From an uncultured Candidatus Saccharibacteria bacterium (GTDB taxonomy: Bacteria > Patescibacteriota > Doudnabacteria > UBA920): 64,000 bases of DNA. The notes below the pieces were generated by a model. It was given only the letters and a program-made list of their open reading frames with translations. It was not told the origin of the DNA and did no database searches. The stretch is taken from the NCBI GenBank assembly GCA_964483665.1, contig CAZACP010000005.1:1910-65909 (forward strand). Reading direction: 5' to 3'. This document shows positions 9,272 to 18,207 of this stretch, one piece after another (the first letter of the stretch is position 1; every line of letters starts with the position of its first letter). Made by a program: the position numbers and the translations under genes.

Positions 9272-10082
9272 AAGTGAGTATTTAAAAAATTTTGGCACAT
9301 TAGAAAAGAAAGATAAACGTTATTATCTTTTTAGAGCATTTTTGTTATGCCTAAACGTACAAGAAACTCGTGACCTCATCCAAATAGATTTTTCGCAAGA
9401 TATTCTGACCCGTTTTTTAATAACTAAAAAAATCATAGACGATTTAAAGGTCGGACAAAATAAAAACTTAACAAAATTAGTTGAAGAGATTTTGGAAAGA
9501 ATAGCAACACTTACTTCCTATCATAAAAAACAAGCAGCCTCCAAATTTTTAACTGAAATTTTTGATTTTTTGGAGCCTGAATACCAGGATACGGTAATGG
9601 CCTACTTATTTAATTCACCATATATTAATGACCGAAAGAGGTCTTACGGTCTATTAATGAAAAAGTTTGACGAAAGTTATACTGAAAAATTATTAGAACA
9701 TTTAAATCAATACGATGGTGATTATCCATTAGCCGTAATAGTTAGCTGTTGCCAGCCTAAGGTCTTAAATGAAAATTTTGATTTGATAAATAAATATTTT
9801 GAAGACGACTTAATACAGTACGATTGGCAACTTTTAAAAATCCGTACCAAATTTTATGCTAGGTTGTTAAATTTAAGACCTAAATTTATTAATCAACTAA
9901 AACAGAAAGACCCCATTTCTTACATGTATGTCATGAAAGAGACTGGTAAAAAAATAGATTCGGACATGGCGTGGAAAGCTTTTATGGCAAATCCGAACCG
10001 TAGTAGCTTATTTAGGTTATTTAGTGATTTAAAGCTTTGGGATGTTCTTATAAAAATTGACAGATATCAAAAATCGCATTAA
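9264..10082 (+). CDS. Hypothetical alpha-helical protein
   Basis: 272 aa ORF overlapping the upstream stop. Confidence 0.6.
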   Translation: MNRSEYLKNFGTLEKKDKRYYLFRAFLLCLNVQETRDLIQIDFSQDILTRFLITKKIIDDLKVGQNKNLTKLVEEILERIATLTSYHKKQAASKFLTEIFDFLEPEYQDTVMAYLFNSPYINDRKRSYGLLMKKFDESYTEKLLEHLNQYDGDYPLAVIVSCCQPKVLNENFDLINKYFEDDLIQYDWQLLKIRTKFYARLLNLRPKFINQLKQKDPISYMYVMKETGKKIDSDMAWKAFMANPNRSSLFRLFSDLKLWDVLIKIDRYQKSH

Positions 10083-10309
10083 TAAAAGAGTTTTCCAAAA
10101 GCCCATTGCTCACCCAACAGCACCTCGGCGAACACCCAAAGGCGAATTTGGAAAACTAATTCGGCAGTAATAAAAGAGTTTTCCAAAAGCCTCTTGCTCA
10201 TCCAACAACACCTCGGCGAACACCCAAAGGAGAATTTGGAAAACTAATCTGGCTTAAATTTAAAGGTTTTCCAAATGCACCTTGCTCAAGCAAGTGAACC
10301 TGGAAAACT
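10081..10309. repeat. Tandem 88-bp-period repeat; each unit bounded by GTTTTCCA...TGGAAAAC inverted repeats (two full units, one short)
   Basis: GTTTTCCA starts at 10090, 10178 and 10266; units 1 and 2 nearly identical. Confidence 0.9.
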
Positions 10310-10394
10310 TTTTTGTTTTAAACATAAACAAAATCAGCTATAATATAATAAAGATCGTTATTTTTTAGCTTTTTATAAAGATCAAAGCCATATT

Positions 10395-12767
10395 ATGAGA
10401 GAAAGAAGCATACCCGAATCCCATTTTGAAACCAAGTCTGTCCATAAAAAAAAGACTGAACTCCAACAAGAGCGAGGTGATTTAATGACAGCCAAACAAG
10501 AGCAGCTGGATTATGTTAAGGATGCCTGTATGGAAATTTTTGGAAGCGAACGCCTGCCTAAAGAGATGGTTCAGGAGTTGGTAGACATACGCAAACAAAT
10601 TGCGTCAAAGGTAGAAGAATCGGAATATCTTGAAGAAGTAGAAGTTTTTACTCAGCAACAAATTGCCCAACTTGCAGTAAAAATTGCAAATTATAAAAAT
10701 GCGCGGGGTGTTGAACGTGCGGCGATTGATAATAAAGGGCAAATTTCAGTAGTAACTGCGGATAGCCGCTTACGACCATTGTCTGAAAATGAGGAAGTCT
10801 TAGTCAATTCCTTGGAACTTTACTTTGATACTTACCGGATGGCTCAAAATTCTTTTAGATTTGCAAAAAATGTTAAAGCAGCTGAGGGAGAAATTATACA
10901 TGAAAATGCTAATCGCAAATTAAATTTTTATGCAGAAGGTGATAAAAGAAAAGCTGTAGTCGAGCGTATCCAAGAAAAATATTTAAGTGCAGGATTTACC
11001 AATGGTGAATTAACGGAACTTGTTGAAACTTGTAGCTTGCCCGATTTGGACAAACTCACTATTCACGACCTTAAGGTACTTGTAAAAATTAGAGAGATAT
11101 TTCAAAAATTCATGGGAGGTGACAAAACTAAGTATGTTGCCTTATCAGCCGGGTTACTAGTCCCTGCATTTATAAACGGCTATGCTCCTATGGTGCTTGC
11201 CGATGCCTTTAAAGGTGGTAACATTGATGTAACACAGGTAGGGCTTTATGCATTGCTTTCTTCGGCTTCTGCTGGCAGCTCCATGATTGTTGAAAAACAA
11301 TTCATGAATTTTCTTAATAAGAATTTTAGTAAGGAAAAAGGTATTGGGCAGAGCATTGCAACAAATGTCGCAGAACTACCAGCGGATCAAATTGCCAGCT
11401 TTGGTGTTGATGATATTAAGGTTAATATTTCCGAGGCTAAAGATAGTTATGAAGATATATACAGATTAATCAGCTTTGATATTTTACCCGCTGTTGTTAC
11501 TTTGACTACCAGCGCAGCCATGCTGTATGAAAAAAGCCCCGTGTTAGCTGGTGCTACAGCAATTGGTACAGGGGTGATGATGGCTTTAGATAAATACCTG
11601 GAGAAAGCTACAGCATGGCACAGTAAGAGGAGAGCGGCAAAACAACAGGCTCAGGATGTTTCAAGCCAAATGACTGAGCAATTAAATGCTCATTTAGAGA
11701 TAATTCTTTCTGGAATGAAAGACGAGTTGGCTACAAGAATGGAAGCTTTGCTCACTAAAGAAAGACTGGCTAATTCTGATAAAAAATTCTCGGATACTCT
11801 TAGAGATAATGTTAGAGAATTTTCTGGCTCATTAAATTTAATTATTGCTGGAATTGTAAGTTATCTCACTGGGGCAACTACAGACAAATTTTTTGCTACG
11901 CTGATTTATTCTGGCAACTTTCAAGGAGCAGTATCTAAAATGCTTCACTCAAAAAGTCAGCTACTCGGAGCATTTCGAGAGATTCAAGAGATGGATTTAA
12001 TGTTTAATGGCTATGCGGCCGAAGAGGCAGAAAAGGAAAAAACTCGTGTTGGTGTTGATACAGTACAGAACAGCGATATTGATTTAAAAAATGTTGAAGT
12101 CGCATTTGAGGGTAAAAAAATCATAGAAATTCCTGAACTTCATATCCCTCAAGGTTCAATGGCAAATCTAAGCGGAGCAAGTGGAGCGGGTAAAACCACG
12201 TTAATGAAAGTTATTTCTGGTTATTACCGCCCAACCTCTGGCACAGTTGAGTTCGGCCATGTTGATATGGATCAAATTAAAAAAAGCGGTCCAGACTCAA
12301 TTTATGCGAGGATTAGCTACCTACCTCAATTTCCTTATATACTTGAAGACACAGTCAGAAAAAATATAATTTTTGGTCTTAAAGAAGAAGTGGGTGATGA
12401 CAAAATTTCAGATGTTTTGAAAGAGGTTGGCCTTGCTGAAAGATTCAAAAATTTGAATGAGCCGTTAAAAGGTGGTAGAGGTGATATGGGCACAGCCTCT
12501 GGAGGAGAGGCTTCCAGAATTGGCTTGGCTCGTATACTGCTTAAAATACGTAATGCCAATTCTAGATTAGTATTTTTAGATGAGCCAACGGCCTCGGTAG
12601 ATGAAAAGACAAAAAATGAAATTGCAAACATTATTAATGCTGAAAAAGCAGCAAGACCTCAGGTAACTTTTGTAGTTATTAGCCACGACAAGGACTTTGT
12701 AAGCAAATTGAACTGTGACGTCGAAGTAAGGATGGAAAAGGGCAAGGTCGTAAACGAGAATTCTTAA
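10395..12767 (+). CDS. ABC transporter (fused TMD + ATPase) with long N-terminal extension
   Basis: GASGAGKT Walker A, SGGE signature, LVFLDEPT Walker B, SHD switch; central TM helices. Confidence 0.85.
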   Translation: MRERSIPESHFETKSVHKKKTELQQERGDLMTAKQEQLDYVKDACMEIFGSERLPKEMVQELVDIRKQIASKVEESEYLEEVEVFTQQQIAQLAVKIANYKNARGVERAAIDNKGQISVVTADSRLRPLSENEEVLVNSLELYFDTYRMAQNSFRFAKNVKAAEGEIIHENANRKLNFYAEGDKRKAVVERIQEKYLSAGFTNGELTELVETCSLPDLDKLTIHDLKVLVKIREIFQKFMGGDKTKYVALSAGLLVPAFINGYAPMVLADAFKGGNIDVTQVGLYALLSSASAGSSMIVEKQFMNFLNKNFSKEKGIGQSIATNVAELPADQIASFGVDDIKVNISEAKDSYEDIYRLISFDILPAVVTLTTSAAMLYEKSPVLAGATAIGTGVMMALDKYLEKATAWHSKRRAAKQQAQDVSSQMTEQLNAHLEIILSGMKDELATRMEALLTKERLANSDKKFSDTLRDNVREFSGSLNLIIAGIVSYLTGATTDKFFATLIYSGNFQGAVSKMLHSKSQLLGAFREIQEMDLMFNGYAAEEAEKEKTRVGVDTVQNSDIDLKNVEVAFEGKKIIEIPELHIPQGSMANLSGASGAGKTTLMKVISGYYRPTSGTVEFGHVDMDQIKKSGPDSIYARISYLPQFPYILEDTVRKNIIFGLKEEVGDDKISDVLKEVGLAERFKNLNEPLKGGRGDMGTASGGEASRIGLARILLKIRNANSRLVFLDEPTASVDEKTKNEIANIINAEKAARPQVTFVVISHDKDFVSKLNCDVEVRMEKGKVVNENS

Positions 12768-12863
12768 CTTACGTTGTCCAAAACCGGAAGCCGGGTTAAG
12801 TTGAGGTAAATCTCTCTCACCAAAGCCAGAAAAGTTTTCCACCTGTCTCGACTTGGTCTACCA
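12764..12863 (-). other. attR-like site 1 with orphan integrase C-terminal coding tail (GRPSRDRWKTFLALVREIYLNLTRLPVLDNVS*)
   Basis: CTACCA core shared with the tRNA 3' end; tail is in frame with the integrase GGT codon at 2339-2341. Confidence 0.75.
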
Positions 12864-12978
12864 CGGCACCATTCGGTGCGTGGCTTGACGCCGTTTTTGG
12901 ATCAAGCCATCACTGAATAAAATAAATTATAGACACGGAATGGTGCCGTGGTAATCCCGTACCGTATGGTACTGGGAT
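12859..12978. repeat. Nested hairpin cluster upstream of GIY-YIG gene
   Basis: 16-bp IR at 12859-12874/12938-12953 with inner stem, plus ATCCCGTACC..GGTACTGGGAT hairpin. Confidence 0.75.
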
Positions 12979-12991
12979 ACCAAAATCTTAT

Positions 12992-13243
12992 ATGTATTAT
13001 GTATATATCCTAAGGAACCAAGATGGCCGTTTGTACATAGGTTACACCGAAGATTTACGAAGAAGATTTGAAGAACATAATGATGGATTATCCACCGCAA
13101 CAAAACCATACCGTCCTTGGTTGTTAATTTTTTACGAAGCATATGTTTCAAAAAGAGATGCAAAGCGACGCGAAATGTACTTAAAAACTTCTAAAGGTAG
13201 AACAACAATTAAAACTATGCTTTCAGATACCTTAAATTCATAA
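12992..13243 (+). CDS. Small GIY-YIG nuclease family protein
   Basis: YVYIL...LYIGYTEDLRRR..EHN.G...A.RRE.YLK. Confidence 0.9.
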   Translation: MYYVYILRNQDGRLYIGYTEDLRRRFEEHNDGLSTATKPYRPWLLIFYEAYVSKRDAKRREMYLKTSKGRTTIKTMLSDTLNS

Positions 13244-13368
13244 TAGCACCCGAAAGGGTGTTTTTGATTTGGTTTTATTGATGAAGGAATGGTTTTCCAA
13301 AATTTTGGTGTGTAGAAACTTTTTACAAATAAGCGTATAATTAAGACAAATTAGTTTTCAACCATTAG

Positions 13369-13710
13369 TTGGTGCCGAATAAAGAAAATATGAATAATAA
13401 AGAAAGCATTGAATCACAGGACAGCGAGTTTAAGAGTAAGATGGGTGTATCAAAGAAAGTTCATCTTATAAGTCTTTTTGGAACAATAATATCCATAGTT
13501 ATTTTTTTTATTGCATTAGAAAATAAAGATCATATTCAAGGTTGGGCGATATTAACTTATCCCGTGATACTTTTTGCTGCCTCATTCTTTGTCGGTTACT
13601 GGTATACGGGAAAAGCTAGAGATGGCTTTTATTCGATGTTAAAATTTCTTTATTTTTTAATAGCAGCAGTAGTATTAGGACTCTTGGTCAGATTTTTTAA
13701 ACTACATTAA
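13369..13710 (+). CDS. Hypothetical 3-TM membrane protein
   Basis: Three hydrophobic segments. Confidence 0.6.
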   Translation: MVPNKENMNNKESIESQDSEFKSKMGVSKKVHLISLFGTIISIVIFFIALENKDHIQGWAILTYPVILFAASFFVGYWYTGKARDGFYSMLKFLYFLIAAVVLGLLVRFFKLH

Positions 13711-13796
13711 TAATTTCTGCTTTACAAAGGTACTGATAAACTTCCCTTACCAAAGCCAAATAAGTTTTCCAGCCGTACAGAGCGGGTCTACCAAAG
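13697..13796 (-). other. attR-like site 2 with orphan integrase C-terminal coding tail (GRPALYGWKTYLALVREVYQYLCKAEIINVV*)
   Basis: CTACCAAAG identical to 2337-2345; tail homologous to that of site 1. Confidence 0.75.
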
Positions 13797-13832
13797 AAAA
13801 ATACCGAAATAAGTTTTCGGTATTTTTCTTTG
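13792..13832 (+). terminator. Intrinsic terminator-like hairpin, probably the original tRNA-Glu terminator
   Basis: CAAAGAAAAATACCGAAA...TTTCGGTATTTTTCTTTG directly after the att core. Confidence 0.65.
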
Positions 13833-13969
13833 CCCTGAGCGAAGTCGAAGGGTTAATAACGAAAGGGTGTTTTTGATTTGGTTTTATTGTCCAAAGAAAA
13901 ATTTTACAATATAGGGCATTTTAAGTATAAAATATGGTAAACTAAAGAATAATAATAATTTCATAAAAT

Positions 13970-14404
13970 ATGGCTATAGAAACAGCGCCCGGGGTAGCCG
14001 AGTTTAAAGAAGCCGGGCAAAATAAAACAATCGAAACAGTATTGGCGCCAACCCCCGAAGATGTTGAGAGGGCTTTAAAAGCAGGAGCTGACGTTTGTGT
14101 GGCTTTCGGCTATGAAACTCGAATGGTGGAAGATCAGGATTTTGGCAAGATTTACGCTCAACATTCAAACCCTATAAAAAAGGCCTTTGTTGCCGCAAAA
14201 CCTGAGGTTTTTAAAAAGCTTTTTGAAGCTGGTTTGTTTGGGCCGGGTTGGGAAGTTTCTGAAAAAATTTACGCGCCTTTTCCGTGTTTTATTAGTAAAG
14301 ATACCGCTACTAGGAGTGAGGTAAATAAAATACTAAAACAGGTTTTTCCGGAAATGAAATTGTCCGATGCCGATGATTTTGTTTGGAAACAAAAAAATAA
14401 ATGA
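13970..14404 (+). CDS. Hypothetical protein
   Basis: 144 aa ORF with upstream promoter-like sequence. Confidence 0.6.
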   Translation: MAIETAPGVAEFKEAGQNKTIETVLAPTPEDVERALKAGADVCVAFGYETRMVEDQDFGKIYAQHSNPIKKAFVAAKPEVFKKLFEAGLFGPGWEVSEKIYAPFPCFISKDTATRSEVNKILKQVFPEMKLSDADDFVWKQKNK

Positions 14405-14425
14405 ATTAGGTTAATTTTATTAATT

Positions 14426-15340
14426 ATGTTTAGCGACATAAAAAAAGTAAAAAGGGTTATAAAAATAACCAGCAGAACCACTGTCAGGCCTTTAAGTTCA
14501 AGTGAAATGAAAGTTTTAAGGCCAAAAACGGTAATACATAGAGCAAAAATCAGTAAAAAGCACTTAGCAGATAGCGGTAACAGAACCGTAACAAAAAAAC
14601 CCCAAACATTTAAGCCGGCTGTTAGTTACAGAACAAAATTAGCAGAAAAAAGGGTTTGGGCTATGCCTAAAATTTTGCCTAGCCGCTATGTATTGGGTGT
14701 CGGGCTGTCTATTTTTCTTTTGCTTTCTACTTATTTGAGCGGCATATGGACAGGTGTCTATACCAGCAGAAGTTACGCTGAATTTGTTTTTTCCGAAAGC
14801 CCGCCCGCCTTACAAAACCAGCAGCCTGCCGTGTTACAAGTTGCCGCCCTAAACGGCCTTGGACAAATTACCCTAAGCAGTTCAGACGAAAATTTGTTCG
14901 CCATGTCCATTGACCAGCTGGAAAATGTGTTTGAAAGAAAAAGAATTCAAATGACCGAAAAGCTGTACGATCAAAGGGCGGAAAAAATTAAGGAGTATTT
15001 AACAGGCAAAAAAGCTCCTTTTGCCGAATACGCCGGCACCATTGCCAGGCAGCCGCATTGGCAGCTAATTCTAGCCATTAGTTTTGCGGAAAGCAGCTGG
15101 GGCAAGAATTGCGTGGACAACAACTGCAGCAATATAGGGGTTAAGCCCGGGCATGAACTTTGGAGAGATTACGACAATTATGGCGAGTGGATAGTGGACT
15201 TTAACAGGCTGCTTGAAAGGCGCTATAAAGACTGGACCTTAAAAGAAATGTGCGGCGTGTATGTTAAGCCCTGCAACAAAAACTGGCTTTTGGCTACCAC
15301 TCAGGTCTTAGGGGAGCTAAAAGAAAACGGTATAAATTGA
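14426..15340 (+). CDS. Membrane-anchored protein with C-terminal lysozyme-like (glucosaminidase-type) domain
   Basis: Basic N-terminus, TM, ILAIS.AESSWGK...NN motif. Confidence 0.55.
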   Translation: MFSDIKKVKRVIKITSRTTVRPLSSSEMKVLRPKTVIHRAKISKKHLADSGNRTVTKKPQTFKPAVSYRTKLAEKRVWAMPKILPSRYVLGVGLSIFLLLSTYLSGIWTGVYTSRSYAEFVFSESPPALQNQQPAVLQVAALNGLGQITLSSSDENLFAMSIDQLENVFERKRIQMTEKLYDQRAEKIKEYLTGKKAPFAEYAGTIARQPHWQLILAISFAESSWGKNCVDNNCSNIGVKPGHELWRDYDNYGEWIVDFNRLLERRYKDWTLKEMCGVYVKPCNKNWLLATTQVLGELKENGIN

Positions 15341-15431
15341 AAAGATTTAAAAGAATTAAAAGATTGACAAGATTTGATGTAAGAAATCATTTAAATTTTG
15401 TTCAATCATGTCAATCATTTAAATAAATTCT

Positions 15432-16505
15432 ATGAATTACAAAAGCGTTTTAAAGACCTCTCTGCCGTTTTTTGTGGGGGCTATGATTGCGGTTTCGACC
15501 CATGCGGTTGGCCAAAATATAAAACTAAATCCTATAAAGCCCGGCTCTAACAAAGTCATAACCGACGAACAACAGGCTATATTGGCAGTCAGGAAAATTA
15601 AAGCCAGCGTGGTAAATATTATTGGGGATATAAAACCGACTCAAGGCGAAGCTATAAAACTGCAGGCCGGAGAAGTTTCCGGGACAGGGTTTATATGGTC
15701 AAAAGACGGTTATATTGTTACTAACCAACACGTGGTAGAAAACGAGCAAGGCCAATTTTCCGCGGTCTTTTCCGACGGCACAAGTTTTCCGGCTAAAGTT
15801 ATTGGCCGGGACAAGTATAGCGATGTCGCGCTTTTAAAAATTGAAGCCAGTAATTTAACCCCGGCGGTTTTGGGCGACTCAAACGGACTTGAAACCGGGC
15901 AGAGCGTATTTGCCATAGGCAACTCCGTGGGCAAATACCAAAACACGGTTACAAGGGGGGTAGTGTCCGGACTTTCGCGTGCAATTTCTGTTAACGCGCA
16001 GGGCACCTCGGCTCCGCGCTTGCAAAATTTAATTCAGACAGATGCCTCCATAAACCCGGGCAATAGCGGCGGCCCGTTAATAAACATGGCCGGAGAAGTG
16101 GTGGGCATGAACACAGCTATAGACACTACCGCTCAAGGCATAGGGTTTGCCGTACCCGTGAATGTTGTAAAAGCTTCGGTTGAACAAATAAGAACTTTGG
16201 GTAAGGTTAGCCACCCGTACTTGGGAGTAAGTTTTTTAAGCCTTACTAAAAGCATTCAGGAGTGGAATGGGCTGCCTTTAAACGAAGGCGCATTTATTTC
16301 AGAAGTTGTGGCTAAAGGACCGGCCTTTTTTGCAGGCATAAAGCCCGGCGACATAATTACTGCGGTGGACAGGCAAAAAATTACCCAGTATAACGAACTC
16401 GATTCAATGCTGCTTAAATACCAGGCAGGCAATCAAATTTTAGTCAGCCTACTTAGGGACGGTCAAAATTTAGATTTGCCGGTTATACTCGGAGAATATA
16501 AATAA
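15432..16505 (+). CDS. htrA: HtrA/DegP-like trypsin serine protease with PDZ domain
   Basis: TNQHVV, DVALLK, GNSGGP catalytic motifs; C-terminal PDZ. Confidence 0.9.
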   Translation: MNYKSVLKTSLPFFVGAMIAVSTHAVGQNIKLNPIKPGSNKVITDEQQAILAVRKIKASVVNIIGDIKPTQGEAIKLQAGEVSGTGFIWSKDGYIVTNQHVVENEQGQFSAVFSDGTSFPAKVIGRDKYSDVALLKIEASNLTPAVLGDSNGLETGQSVFAIGNSVGKYQNTVTRGVVSGLSRAISVNAQGTSAPRLQNLIQTDASINPGNSGGPLINMAGEVVGMNTAIDTTAQGIGFAVPVNVVKASVEQIRTLGKVSHPYLGVSFLSLTKSIQEWNGLPLNEGAFISEVVAKGPAFFAGIKPGDIITAVDRQKITQYNELDSMLLKYQAGNQILVSLLRDGQNLDLPVILGEYK

Positions 16506-16728
16506 ATGACAAGAATAAAAGACAGGCTGTCATCCCGGAATTTTTACGTCTAGGGTTATATCGGACCGTAAAAAATATCTGGAATCCAGTTAATAATAAT
16601 TGATGTTTGTTAATTAATAATTGATAACAAAAAGACAAGAGAAAAGGCCGCGGATCACAAATGTGATACACGCGGCCTTTTAAACCAGAAACTTTTGAGT
16701 GAAAGTTATTCAATCCGCGGCAGCGGAC

Positions 16729-16995
16729 TCAATGAAGTTCACTTTCTGTTCCTGATTTCGTCGCCACAATTATTGCGAGCAGCATTATGGCGGCGCTTAT
16801 GTGGACTATGTCCACATGCTCAACTGTCCTTACAAGCTCTGACAGTTGGGCGGTCATTACCAGAGTGGTAATGGCCTTGGGCACTACTTGCTTTTTTGGC
16901 AGCCTTTTTTCCAAAAAGCCGTGTAGCTTTTGGCTGTGGCCTATGCTTACAAGCAAGGCCACTAAGGCAAGCGTGCCTATCAGGAACAGATTCAT
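16729..16995 (-). CDS. Small membrane protein
   Basis: 88 aa hydrophobic ORF with GAAAGGA RBS. Confidence 0.5.
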   Translation of the reverse strand: MNLFLIGTLALVALLVSIGHSQKLHGFLEKRLPKKQVVPKAITTLVMTAQLSELVRTVEHVDIVHISAAIMLLAIIVATKSGTESELH

Positions 16996-17238
16996 AAGTT
17001 TCCTTTCTTACCCGTAGTTTATACGAGTATGAATAATCTGTCCCTCCTATTTTGTTTCCCCTGTACAGGCGCAGACTTGGCTGCAACTGCAAGAGGACTT
17101 GCCATTATAAGCCTTTTAGAACTAGTTGTCAAGAGGCTTTAAAGTTGATAAAATAAATTTAATTAGCTTCATCTTTGGTCCTTTATGTTCGGCCTAAGAA
17201 GGTTTATGAAATAAAATAAAGGATTAAGGATATTTTTT

Positions 17239-18183
17239 ATGACAAATCAAGAAATACACAATGTAATTATAATCGGTTCAGGACCTGCCGGCCTTACCGC
17301 AGCCTTATATACCGCCAGAGCGGAATTAAAGCCTTTGGTTATTGCGGGTTTAAATCCGGGTGGCCAGCTTATGCAGACAACCGAGGTGGAGAATTTCCCG
17401 GGCTTTGTAAACGGCATAATGGGTCCTGAGTTAATGGATAATATGATGAAGCAGGTAGAAAGGTTTGGCACGGTTATAAAGCAGGAAAATGTAACCGGAG
17501 TGGATTTTAGCAAAAAGCCTTTTGTTGTTAGAACCGAACAGAATGAATATTTGGCCAAAAGCATAATAATCGCAACCGGAGCAGATGCTAACTGGCTTAA
17601 TTTACCAAACGAGCAAAGGCTTAGGGGTAAAGGCGTTTCGGCGTGCGCGACTTGCGACGGTTTTTTCTTTAAAGGCAAGGACTTGGTTGTAGCCGGCGGC
17701 GGAGACAGCGCCATGGAAGAAGCTAGCTTTTTAACCCGCTTTGCGACAAAAGTGACTTTAATCCATCGTCGGCCGGAGTTTAAAGCTTCTAAAATTATGC
17801 TTAATCGGGTAAAAGAAAACCCAAAAATTAAAATTATTGCGGATGCGATTATTACAGATATTTTAGGCCAGGACAAAGTTGAGGGGGTTAAAATTAAACA
17901 CAACCAAACCGGGCAGGAAGAGGTAATCCAGGCCGGCGGGTTTTTTGTGGCTATTGGCCATACGCCAAACGGGAAAATTTTTGCAGAGGCAGGCGTAGAA
18001 GTTGACCAAAAGGGTTATATAAATGTTTCGCACAATACCCATACTAATATAGAGGGAGTCTTTGTAGCCGGCGATGTGAATGATCCGCGTTATAGGCAGG
18101 CCATAACCGCAGCCGGAATGGGCTGTATGGCGGCACTCGACGTAGAGAAATATTTGGCAGAACATGAGGAAAGTAGTAAGTAG
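17239..18183 (+). CDS. trxB: Thioredoxin-disulfide reductase
   Basis: GSGPAG, CATC, GGGDSA motifs. Confidence 0.97.
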   Translation: MTNQEIHNVIIIGSGPAGLTAALYTARAELKPLVIAGLNPGGQLMQTTEVENFPGFVNGIMGPELMDNMMKQVERFGTVIKQENVTGVDFSKKPFVVRTEQNEYLAKSIIIATGADANWLNLPNEQRLRGKGVSACATCDGFFFKGKDLVVAGGGDSAMEEASFLTRFATKVTLIHRRPEFKASKIMLNRVKENPKIKIIADAIITDILGQDKVEGVKIKHNQTGQEEVIQAGGFFVAIGHTPNGKIFAEAGVEVDQKGYINVSHNTHTNIEGVFVAGDVNDPRYRQAITAAGMGCMAALDVEKYLAEHEESSK

Positions 18184-18207
18184 TATGTAGTATGTAGCAA
18201 AATCCTA

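Larger units (their letters stand above)
2337..13796. mobile_element. Integrated phage-satellite-like island at tRNA-Glu; right boundary at CTACCA 12858-12863 (inner) or CTACCAAAG 13788-13796 (outer)
   Basis: Integrase abutting the tRNA 3' end; core repeat followed by a terminator hairpin at the outer site; replication, TerS-like and repressor genes inside. Confidence 0.8.
13251..13889. repeat. 30-bp perfect direct repeat at 13251-13280 and 13860-13889
   Basis: CGAAAGGGTGTTTTTGATTTGGTTTTATTG at both sites. Confidence 0.9.

Noticed and set aside
10081-10309. CRISPR array
   Set aside because: Sequence between the repeats is near-identical rather than unique spacers; only three units; no cas genes.
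10081-10309. Integron attC array
   Set aside because: No RYYYAAC/GTTRRRY boxes in the right arrangement, no genes between units, no IntI tyrosine recombinase.
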